Program-made: the position numbers and the translations under genes
Assembly: GCF_963921235.1 (NCBI RefSeq)
Contig: NC_086097.1
Span: 30,134,001-30,198,000, forward strand
Length of the DNA: 64,000 bases
From: Mobula hypostoma
Lineage: Eukaryota
Direction: 5' to 3'
The notes under the pieces: generated by a model
Databases searched by the model: none
Seen by the model: the letters and a program-made list of their open reading frames with translations, nothing else
What the model was told of the DNA's origin: nothing
In this document: positions 13,534-24,478 of the stretch, one piece after another
How positions within the stretch are numbered: the first letter of the stretch is position 1
Layout: every line of letters starts with the position of its first letter

Positions 13534-15496
13534 CAGTGCCTATAAAAAGTATTCACTCTCCTTGAAAGATTTCATGTTTCATTATTGTACAACGTTGAAT
13601 CACAGTGGATTTAATTTGACTTTTTTGATGCAGATCAAAAGAAAAAGACTCTCCTGTCAAAGTGAAAACAGATCCTTGGGGGTCATTGTCTGGCCGGAAA
13701 ACAAATCGTCTCCCAAGTCGCAGTTCTCTTGCAGATTGCGTCAGGTTTTCCTCCAGGATTTCCCTGTATTTTGCTGCATTCATTTTACCCTCTGCCTTCA
13801 CAAGCCTTCCAGGGCCTGCTGTAGTGAAGCATCCCCACAGCATGATGCAGCCACCGCCATACTTCACAGTAGGGATGATATGTTTTTGATGGTGTGCAGT
13901 GCGTTTAGTCTGATGGCCAGAAGGTTCAATTTTGATTTCAACAGACCATAAAAACTTCTTCCAGCTGACTTCAGAGTCTCCCACATGCCTTGTGGCAAAC
14001 TCTAGCCAGATTTCATATGAGTTTTTTGAACAGCTCTTTGCCACTCTCCCTTAACACCCAGAAGACCAAGGAGATCACTGTGAACTTCAGGCATGCTAAG
14101 AGCCACACTCACATCCCCATCTACATCAACGGAGCTGTAGTGGAGCGTGTATCAAGCTTCAAATTCCTTGGTGTCCACATTTCCGAGAATCTCAGCTGGT
14201 CCCTGAACTCCTCCATCCTGATCAAAAAGGCACAACAGCACCTTTATTTCCTGTGGAGCATCAAGAAAGCTCACCTCTGTCCCAGGATACTGACAGACTT
14301 TTACCGCTGTACCATTGAGAGCATACTCACCAACTTTATCTCAGTGTGGTATGGCAATTGTCCTGTATTGGACCGCAAAGCACTCCAGCGTATGGTGAAA
14401 ACTGACCAGCGGATTATCGGCACCCAATTGCCCACCATTGAGAATATCTACTATAAACGCTGCCTGGGCAGGGCGAAAAGCATTATCAAAGATGCATCTC
14501 ACCCTAACCATGGACTTCATACTCTCCTCCCATCCGGTAGGCGCTACAGGAGCCTCCGTTCCTGCACCAGCAGGCACAGGAAGAGCTTCTTCCCTGAGGC
14601 TGTGACACTGCTGAACCTCACATCACAGCGCTAAGCAGTATTGCCCCTATATTGTACTGTCTCAGTACTTTTATATTTGTGTGCTGTAGTGCTGTGCTTT
14701 TTATTTGCAGTTATTTGTAAATAACACTATTCTTTGCATTTCTGGTTAGTTGCTAATTGCATTTCATTGGCTTTGTATCTGTACTCGGCACAATGACAAT
14801 AAAGTTGAATCTAATCTAATCTAATAAAGCTGCGACTGGTGAAGCACCCAGGCAACAGTTGTTGTATGCGCAGTCTCTCCCATCTCAGCCACTGAAGCTT
14901 GTAACTCCTCCAGAGTTGTCATAGGTCTCTTGTTGGCCTCCCCCACTAGTTCCCTCCTTACACGGTCACTCAGTTTTTAAGGACAGCCTGCTGTAGGCAG
15001 ATTTACAGCTGTGCCATATTATTTCCTTTCCTTGCATCCATCTCCTGACTTGTGCTTTTCAACAACCTTTTCGCGGAGTTGCTTGGAGTGTTTTTTTGTC
15101 TTCATGGTGTAGTTTTTGCTAGGATACTGACTCAGCTGCTGTTGGACCTTCCAGATACAGGTGTATTTTTACTGCAGTCAATTGAAACACCTTGACTGCA
15201 CATGGTGATCTCCATTTAACTAATTATATGACCTCTAACACCAATTGGCTACACCAGTGATGATTTGGTATGCCACATTAAAGGGGTGAATACATATGGA
15301 ATCAATTTTTTTGTGTTTTATATTTATAATTAATTTAGATCACTTTGTAGAGATCTGTTTTCACTTTGACACGAAAGTCTTTTTCTGTTGATCAGTGTCA
15401 AAAACAGACAAATTAAATCCACTGTGATTCAATGTTGTAAAACAATAAAACATGAAAACGTCTGGAGGCAGGGGTGAATACTTTTTATAGGTACTG
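13534..15496 (-). mobile_element. Tc1-family DNA transposon with long TIRs, defective transposase, interrupted by a Rex1 fragment
   Basis: TA|CAGTGCCTATAAAAAGTATTCAC ... GTGAATACTTTTTATAGGTACTG|TA, with inverted similarity over about 140 bp. ORF 13553..14044(-) has the Tc1 motifs TVKYGGGCIMLWGCF and FRPDNDP. Confidence 0.93.
14051..14823 (+). mobile_element. Rex1/Babar non-LTR retrotransposon 3' fragment
   Basis: KTKE...VERVSSFKFLGVHI...KKAQQHLYFL...FYRCTIESIL; AATAAA followed by an (aatct)n tail; splits the Tc1 between ccactctccc and ataaagc. Confidence 0.88.
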
Positions 15497-16450
15497 TACA
15501 TTATCATCGGAGTAATTTATATACATCACAAATAGCAGAGTTTCCAGTACAGATCTATGTAGAACACCACTAATCACAGATCTCCAAATATAATAAGTCC
15601 TTTTGAACACTACCCCTTCTGAGGAAGCCAGTTCTGAACCCAAACAGCCAATTCACCTTGGATCCATGCATCTTAGTCCCATGAGGGACCTTGTCAAACC
15701 CCTTATGTAGCAACATCCACAGCTCTACCTTCATCAATCATTCTTGTCACCTTGTCAAAAAACTCAATCAAGTTAGTAAGACACAATTTGCTCCGCACAA
15801 AGCATGCTGGCTCTCCCTAATTACACCATGGTTTTCCAAATGCTCATAAATCCTAAGAATTCTCTCCAGTAATTTCCCTACCACTGACATAAGACTCACC
15901 GGTCTATACTTTCCAGGATTATCCCTGGTTCCCTTCTTGAATAATGGAACAATATTAGCTACTTGCCAGTCCTCTGGGACCTTGCCTGTGGCTAGAGAGG
16001 TCACAAGGCCCCAGCAGTCTCTTCTCTTGCCTCCCTCAATAACCTGGGGTCTATTCCATCAGGCGCTGGAGACATATCCACCTCAATGCTCTTTAAGAGA
16101 CACAGCACTAGCTCCTCCTTTACTTCGAAATGCCCATCAGTCTGGGCGAGCACAGAGGCTAGTGTGGATAAGGATGAAAGCTTTCCTTCCTGGAACGGAG
16201 GAAGTAGGAGAATTTAGTCCTTCAAGCTTGCAATCAAGATCACGCTTTGTCTTCTATCTCAGCTCCAGGTTCTTGCTCTAGCCGCATATGTCGTTTGAAT
16301 GAACCCAATGAACCTGATGGAATTCAACTCTGAAACTGGAGTTCAACCCAGAAAAGTGTGGAGTGATTCACCTGGAAAGTTGATTCTGAAGGCAGAATAC
16401 AGTGTTAATTGCAGAAGTGTGGAGGAACAGAAGGATCTTGGAGTCTAATC

Positions 16451-16640
16451 AACCTTCAGGCTTTGATATAGACTTCCATGCAACCTTTGGGCTTCAAACT
16501 AGACTTCCAATCGACCTTAAGGCTTCGATCTGAACTTCCACTCAACCTTCGGGCTTCGATTTGGACCTGCACTCGACCTTTGGGCCTCAATCTGAATTTC
16601 CACTTGACCTTGGGGATTCGATCTGGACCTGCACTCAACC
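16451..16640. repeat. 31-bp tandem repeat, about 6 copies
   Basis: Unit approximately aaccttcgggcttcgatctggacttccactc, starting at 16451, 16482, 16513, 16544, 16575 and 16606. Confidence 0.9.
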
Positions 16641-17627
16641 CTCAGTATCGAACTAGGACATGCCGATGATGATAAATGAGGACCCGAAATCCAGGCCTCG
16701 AGCTCCAGACTCTCCAATGATGGGACCCCAAATACCTGGCCTCAAATATGCTTCTCATGATTTGCATACTTAGGGAGTTACCAGCCCTCGTTCTTCCTGC
16801 CTGCATGGAACTCAGATCCCAGAACAGGCTGATGACTCCAGGCTTCATCTCGCTGGTGCGCAGGCTGACTACATCTACGTTACTAACCTTCAAACATGGA
16901 GCAGAGGCTTAGACTTTGTCCTGTCCTCTATTCCTCCACATCCCAGTCCTTCAACCTAGCCTGATCCCTAACTTCTTACAAGCATAAAAGGAGTTTTAAA
17001 AGACAACCAAGTCAGAGCCGTGACCTCAGTGGAGACCACAGCTCAGCACCATCTTGACTGGAGATGTGTTGCCACTGGAAGACAGCCCCCACCACATCCT
17101 TAGGCGGTGTTGTTTGTTAATGCAAATGTGCATTTCACTGTACATTTCATTATAGATGTGATAAATAAATCTGAATCTAAATCTGTGACAACTATTTTTG
17201 TTTTCCCTTCAACTACCTCAATGCACTGTTGTAACAAATTGATTTGTATGAACAGAGTGCAGATTATTTAGAAATACTAATAATTCGGCCTCTAAATTAC
17301 TGGGTGCAGATTGCCATGCTCCCTCTTACAAGCTAAAGAGATTAGTTGTCTTTGTCACATGAACATCAAAACATACAGCGAACCACGTCATTTTGCAGGC
17401 AATCAGATCAGTGAGGATTGTGGTGGGCAGCCCATAAATGTCATCACACTTCTGGCATCAACGTAACCTACCCACAACTTACTAACCCTAACCCATGGAA
17501 TGTGGGAGGAGATTGGAGCACCTGGAGGAAACCAAAGTAGTCGTGGAAATTAGAGCCCTTGCACTCTAACACCAGGCCAGGGTCCTGTTCTGCCTTTACC
17601 ATTGCGGGTTTTCAGTTCCCATTCTTC

Positions 17628-17629
<2 letters not shown>

Positions 17630-17684
<55 letters not shown>

Positions 17685-17697
17685 ACACACTTACACA
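17630..17697. repeat. (CA)n microsatellite
   Basis: Direct reading. Confidence 0.98.
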
Positions 17698-17707
17698 CCA
17701 GGATATC

Positions 17708-20700
17708 AAAACATAAAATAGAGACATAGAAAACCTACAGCACAATGCAGGCCCTTCGGCCCACAAAGCTGTGCCGAACACACACTTACCTTAGAAATTA
17801 CCTCGGGTTACCCATAGCCCTCTATTTTTCTAAGCTCCATATACCTATCCAGGAGTCTCTTAAAAGACCCTATCGTGTCCATCTCTACCATCGTCGCCGG
17901 CAGCCCATTCCATGCACTCACCACTCTGTGCGTAAAAAACTTACGCCTGACATCTCTTCTGTACCTACTTCCAAACGCCTAAAAACTGTGCCCTCCCGTG
18001 CTAGCCATTTCAGCCCTGGGGAAAAGCCTCTGACTATCCACACGATCTATGCCTCTCATCATCTGGTACACCTCTATCAGGTCACCTCTCATCCTCCGTC
18101 GCTCCAAGGGAAAAAGACCGAGTTCACTCATCCTACTCTCATAAGGCATACTCCTCAATCAGGCAACATCTTTGTAAGTCTCCTCTGCACCCTTTCTATG
18201 GTTTCCACATCCATCCTGTAGTGAGGCGACTAGAAATGAGCACAGCACCAAGTGGGGTCTGACCAGGGTCCTATATAGCTACAACATTACCTCTCGACTC
18301 GTAAACTCAGTGGCATGATTGATGAAGGCCAATACACTGTATGCCTTCTTAACCACAGAGTCAACCTGTGCAGCTGCTTTGAGTGTCCTATGGACTCAGA
18401 CCACAAGATTCCTCTGATCCTCCACACTGCCAAGAGTCTTACCATTAATACTATATCCTGCCATCGTATTTGACCTACCAAAATGAACCACCTCACACTT
18501 AACTGGGTTGAACTCCATCTGCCACTTCTCAGCCCAGTTTTGCATCCTATCAATGTCCCACTGTATCCTCTGACAGCCCTCCACACTATCCACAACGCCC
18601 CAATCTTTGTGTCATCAGCAAATTTACTAACCCATCCCTCCACTTCCTCATCCAGGTCATTTAAAAAGTCACAAAGAAAAGAGATCCCAGAACTACTTAC
18701 CAACCACTGAAGTAGGACTCATTGGTCTATAATTTCCTAGGCTATCTCTACTCCCTTTCTTTAATAAGGGAACAACATGCGCAACCCTCCAATCCTCCGA
18801 ACCTCCCCTGTCCCCATTGATGATGCAAAGATCATCGCCAGAGGCTCAGCAATCTCCTCCCTCGCCTCCTACAGTAGCCTGGGGTACATCTCATCCAGTT
18901 CTGGTGACTTATCCAACTTGACGCTTTCCAAAAGCTCTAGCACATCCTCATCCTTAATATCTACATGCTCAAACTTTTCAGTCCGCTATAAGTCATCCCT
19001 ACAATCACCAAGATCCTTTTCTGTAGTGAATACTGAAGCAAAGTATTCATTAAGTACCTCTGCGGATCCTCTGCTATCTCCTCTGGTTCCATACACACTT
19101 TTCCACTGTCACACTTGATTGGTCCTATTCTCTCACGTCTTATCCTCTTGCTCTTCACATGCTTGCAGAATGCCTTGGGGTTTTCTTTAATCCTGTCCGC
19201 CAAGGCCTTCTCATGACCCCTTCCGGCTCTCCTAATTTCATTCTTAAGCTCCTTCCTGCTAGTCTTATAATCTTCTAGATCTCTATCATTATCTAGTTTT
19301 TTGAACCTTTTGTAAGCTCTTCTTTTCTTTTTGACTAGATTTACAACAGCCTTTGTACACCACACTTCCTGTACCCTACCATCCTTTCCGTCTCATTGGA
19401 ACATATCTGTGCAGAACTCCACACAAGTATCTCCTGAACATTTGCCACATTTCTTCCATATGTTTCCCTGAGAACATCTGTTTCCAGTTTATGCTTCTAA
19501 GTTCTTGCCTGATAGCCTCACATTTCCCCTTCTCCAATTAAACGCTTTCCTAACTTGTCTGTTCCTATCCCTTTCCAATGCTATGGTAAAGGAGATAGAA
19601 TTGTGATCACTATCTCCAAAATGCTCTCCCACTGAGAGATCTGTCACCTGACCAGGTTCATTTCCCAATACCAGATCAAGTACAGCCTCTCCTCTTGTAG
19701 GCTTATCTACATATTGTGTCAAGAAATCTTCCTGAACACACCTAGCAAACTCCACCCCATCCAAACCCCTCGCTCTAGGGAGATGCCAATCAATATTTGG
19801 GAAATTAAAATCTCCCACCACAACAACCCTGTTATTATTACACCTTTGCAGAATCTGTCTCCCTATCTGCTCCTCGGTATCCCTGTTACTATTGAGTGGT
19901 CTAGAAAAAACACCCAGTAGAGTTATTGACCCCTTCCTGTTCCTAACTTCCACCCACAAAGACTCTGTAGACAATCCCTCTATCTTCCTCCTTTTCTGCA
20001 ACCGTGACACTCTCTCTGATCAACAGTGCTATGCCTCCACCTCTTTTGCCTCCCTCCCTGTCCTTTCTGAAACATCTAAAACCTGGCATTCAAAGTAACT
20101 ATTCCTGCCCCTGAACCATCATAGCTCCAAGTACTGGCCCACCTCTAAGCTCATCCGCTTTGTTCATAATACTCCTTGCATTAAATAGACACATCTCAAA
20201 TTATCGGTCTGAGCGCGTCCCTTCTCTATCACCTGCCTAGCCTCCATCTCGCGCTGTCTCCAAGCTTTCTCTATTTGTGAGCCAACCGCCTCTTCCTCTG
20301 TCTCTTCAGTTCGGTTCCCACACCCCAGCAATTCTAGTTTAAACTCTCCCCTCTAGCCTTAGCAAACCTCCCAGCCAGGATATTTGTCCCCCTGGGATTC
20401 AAGTGCAACCCATCCTTTTTGTACAGGTCACACCTGCCCCAAAAGAGGTCCCAATGATCCAGAAATCTGAATCCCTGCCCCCTGCTCCAATCCCTCAGCC
20501 ACATATTTATCCTCCACCTCATTCTGTTCCTATACTCACTGTCACATGGCACAGGCAGTAATCCCGAGATGACTACCTTTGTAGTCCTGGTTCTCACCTT
20601 CCTTCCTAACTCCCTGTAGTCTGTTTTCAGGACTTCCTCCTTTTTCCTGCCTGTGTCGTTGGTACCAATATGTCCCACGACCTCTAGCTGTTCTCCTTCC

Positions 20701-21450
20701 CACTTCAGGATACCGTGGATGCAATCAGAAACATCCTGGACCCTGGGACCTGAGAGGCAAACTACCATCTGTGTTTCTTTCCTGCGTCCACAGAATCGCC
20801 TGTCTGACCCCCTAACTATAGAGTCCCCTATTACTGCTGCCATCCCTTTCCTTTCCCTACCCTTCTGAGCCACAGGGCCAGACTCTGTGCCAGAGGTGTG
20901 GCCACTGTTGCTTTCCCCAGGTAGGCTGTCCCCTCCAACAACACTTATTGTTAAGGGGGACAGCCACAGGGGTACTCTCTAGCATCTGCCTTTTGCCTTT
21001 CCCTCTCCAGACTGTTACCCGCTTATCTGTCTCATGAGGTCCCAGTGTGGCTACCTGCCTATAGCTCCGCTCTATCACCTCCTCACTTTCCCTGACCAGA
21101 TGAAGATCATCGAGCTGCATCTCCAGTTCCCTAATGTGGTTCCTAAGGAGCTGCAGCTCGACGTACCTGGCGCAGATGTGGCTATCTGGGAGGCTGGGAG
21201 TCTCCGGGACTTCCCACATCTCATACCGAGCACAGAGCACCGGCCTCACACACATACTTCCTGTCTGTTTTCTACACAGATAACCTACCTCGCCTTGACC
21301 CATTATCCCCGAAGCCCCATTGAGCCAAAGTCTCTCTACTCCGTCGCCCACTCCTCTGACACCCACTCCATAAACAGTCTCCTTTTAAACTCTTCTCACT
21401 GTTCTACCTGGCTGACATCCACGCACTTGCGCAGTCGTGCCCCACGCTGA
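17708..21450 (-). mobile_element. Near full-length, decayed CR1 (ORF1 with SGNH esterase domain + ORF2 with internal deletion)
   Basis: ORF1 pieces 20857..21366 and 20334..20873 (VIGDSIVR, HIGTND, DGLHLN); ORF2 pieces 19489..20010, 18961..19365 and 18396..18593; ttctatg tail near 17725. Confidence 0.92.
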
Positions 21451-22549
21451 AGAAATAACCCTCTGGTTATTATGGTTCCAGTGCTCTGTTTAACTCCCTA
21501 GTTCCCATATTCCATTGAAATTCAGCTGATTCTGTTTCAAGATTCAAAATTTAAGGTTCAAGTTTTTTGTCATGTGTACATCAAAGCATTGAGTGAAATG
21601 CATTGTTTTGATTAACAAATGTTCAAAGACTTAAGGCTGAATTTTATTCACCATGTACATTTACATGTATGAGGAGTTTTCTACAGGTGTGTTGGTCGGG
21701 GCACAACATGCAACAAACAGAAACAACAGTCAACAATTATAAAGAATAAAAACATATAAAAATAAAGAATTATAAATATTATATAAAATAAGCTAGTACA
21801 TTTAGAGTTTAAAGATGGATATAGAAAAAGTCCATAAATAAATAAATACCAGCATATATTTACAATATAAACAGCATTGTAAAGAGTGGTTACCTCCCCC
21901 CACCCCCTCAATCTATTACCTCAGTCACTGCTCTGCACTGTAAACAGTTTAAACTGTTTATAACACTGTTTACATTGTAAGTATCTGTGTACTTATACAT
22001 ATTTTATCCCAAATCTGTCCTTTACCCTCTAATATTATTTTATGTAATTCTTTGATCTTTATCATTGTTGAATGTTTTGTTGCATGTCACGCGAACACAC
22101 CACAGCAAATTCCTAATACATATGAATGTATATGGTGAATAAAGTTCTTTTTGATGACGCAGTAGTCCACTTGCCGATCTTGTGACAGTAGTTATTCTCA
22201 TTCCATTCTTTTACAACCATCAGGTTCTTGAACTGACCTGCTTAACTCTAACCTTACCTCAGCAACAGAACTCTACAGACTTCTCTTTGTGCTACCATGC
22301 ATTTGTTGTTGTTTTTCCCCCAACTATCATCTTGCTTTTGCACAGTCTTTTGACTCTTCACTGATATAATTTGTGTACTGTGTATTGATGTGACTATGTG
22401 CCTGTGATGCTGCTGCAAACAAGTTTTCTATTTCACCAGCACCTCACTGTATTTGTGTATATGACAATAAATTTGTCTCCTCAGTAGGAGAGGTTATATT
22501 GACCCATCACTGCATTGCTGATTGACAGATGTAGGTAAGTTTATGGTCA

Positions 22550-22708
22550 CGCAACACACATCAAAGTTGCTGGTGAACGCAGCAGGCCAGGCAGCATCTC
22601 TAGGAAGAGGTACAGTCGACGTTTCGGGCCGACACCCTACCCGGCTGCGTTCACCAGCAACTTTGATGTGTGTTGCTTGAATTTCCAGCATCTGCAGATT
22701 TCCTCGTG
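22550..22708. mobile_element. Penelope-derived fold-back insertion with a 13-bp target duplication, inside a CR1 fragment
   Basis: Perfect 33-bp inverted repeat 22551-22583 / 22644-22676, flanked by AAGTTTATGGTCA at 22537-49 and 22709-21. Confidence 0.8.
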
Positions 22709-24026
22709 AAGTTTATGGTCATGCACTTTGGTAGAGGAATAGACTATTTTCTAAACGGGAAGCAAATTCAAAAGTTGGTGGTACAGGGTTCCCTCAAGAT
22801 AAACTTGCAGATTGAGTCAGTAGTTAGGAAGGCAAATGCAATGTTAAGATGTCTAGAATATAAAAGCAAGAATATAATGACTAGAATATAATGCTATGGA
22901 AATTATAAGGCATTAGTCAGACTGCATTTGAAGTATGTTGGGCAGTTTTGGGGTCCTTGTCTAAGAAAGGATGTGCTGACATTGAAGAGGGTCCAGAGGA
23001 GATTCTCAAGAATGATCCCAGAAATGAAACGGTTAATGCATGAGGAGCATTTGATCACTGTGGGCATGTACTTGCTGGAGTTTAGAAGAGTGAGGGCGGT
23101 CTCATTGAAACCTATTGAATATTGAAAGGACTAGATAGAGTGGACGTTGAGGAGATGTCTCCAATAATGGGGGAGTTAGCATCAAATCCTGGTCTCTGGT
23201 GCTGTGAGGTAGCAGCTCTACCAACTGTGCTATGGTGTTGCCCTTGACCTTAAAAGCTTTATGTGCATGTATTAACTGCTGCAATTCCCTCATCACAACT
23301 GTAACTATGAAGGATGTAAAGTCCTATGGGGTGTCCCGACCTCATAAAACCAAATGATTTAGGAAGGCCTCTAAGTCTTTTTAATCATTTCAACAAATGG
23401 ACCAATTTTACTGACACTGTATCTTTATAGTTACAGCAGTTGGACGAAGTCCCAAGATAGCGCCAGTAAAAGGCGACTCTTTGCATATAGTTCCGAAGGG
23501 AATCATCGAGGACATCTTCTAAAGGCAATGCCTCAAAATAGCAGCATCCATCATTAAGGACTACCACCACCCAGGACATGTGTGTTCTCTCTCATTACTA
23601 CCATAAGAGAGGAGGTACGAGAGCCTGAAGATACACACATAATGAACAGCTTCTTTTACTCCACCATCAGATTTCCAAATGGACAATGAACCCATGAACA
23701 CTACATCACCATTTTGCTCTCTTTTTGCACTACTTATTTAATTTGTTTATATCATAATAAACACCATGCTGGTGGCATGGTGCGAAGACAATAACCTATC
23801 TCTCAACGTCAGCAAGACGAAGGAATTGGTTGTTGACTTCAGAAGGAGTAGCGGACCGCACAACCCCATTTACATCGGTGGTGTGCAAGTGGAACAGGTC
23901 AAAAGCTTTAAGTTCCTTGGGGTCAATATCACAAATGACCTGACTTGGTCCAACCAAGCAGAGTCCACTGCCAAGAAGGCCCACCAGCACCTTTACTTCC
24001 TGAGAAAGCTAAAGAAATATGGCCTG

Positions 24027-24478
24027 TGCTATGTCCATACATGGACTCCTCTACTGCCATGATGAGGCTAAACTCAGGTTGGAGGAGCAACACCTCATAT
24101 ACCGTCTAGATAGTCTCCAGCCCCTTGGTATGAACATAGAATTCTCCAACTTCCGGTAATTCCCTCCCCCTCCCTTCCTCTATCCCTATTTCACATCACC
24201 TCCCTCATAGTTCCGCCTCCTTCTACTACTGCACATTGTTCTCCTGCCAATCACCTCCCTGCTTCCCCTCCCCCACCCCTTTGTCTTTCAAATTACTGTT
24301 TTTTTCAACTACCAGCATTCTTCAAACCCTCCCCAAAGTTCTTCCTTCAGTCCTGATGAAGGGTTTCGGCCCGAAACGTTGACTAATCTTTTCAACTGAT
24401 GCTGACTGACCTGCTGAGTTCCTCCAGCACATTGTGAGTGTTCCTTTGACAACAGCATCTGCAGATTATTTTGTGGTT
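24027..24478 (+). mobile_element. Penelope-like element 3' end (GIY-YIG C-terminus + 3' region)
   Basis: Encodes ...LRLEEQHLIYRLDSLQPLGMNIEFSNFR*, followed by a hammerhead motif. Confidence 0.8.
24349..24384 (+). ncRNA. Minimal type I hammerhead ribozyme (Penelope-associated)
   Basis: agtc-CTGATGA-a-gggt ttcg gccc-GAAAC-GTT-gact: intact core boxes, stem I agtc/gact, stem II hairpin, palindromic minimal stem III. Confidence 0.75.

Larger units (their letters stand above)
12980..16130 (-). mobile_element. Old CR1 ORF2 remnant split by a Tc1 insertion
   Basis: CR1 RT sequence on both sides of the Tc1 (e.g. VPEDWQVANIVPLFKKG, ORF 15768..16004); continuous across the TA target. Confidence 0.75.

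Noticed and set aside
13990..14634. ORF resembling the DUF1891/ALKBH8 N-terminal domain as a host gene
   Set aside because: It is the C-terminal region of a Rex1/Babar RT, repeated several times in the window and ending in a retroposon tail.
16451..16640. CRISPR-like array
   Set aside because: Contiguous tandem units with no unique spacers, in eukaryotic context.
20334..20873. SGNH esterase as a host enzyme gene
   Set aside because: It is the esterase domain of CR1 ORF1, positioned directly upstream of ORF2.
22484..22540. Apparent plus-strand exon ending in tag|gtaagt
   Set aside because: Stops in all three frames, and the 'donor' is CR1 ORF2 sequence (DVGKFMVMHFGR) that forms part of the TSD.
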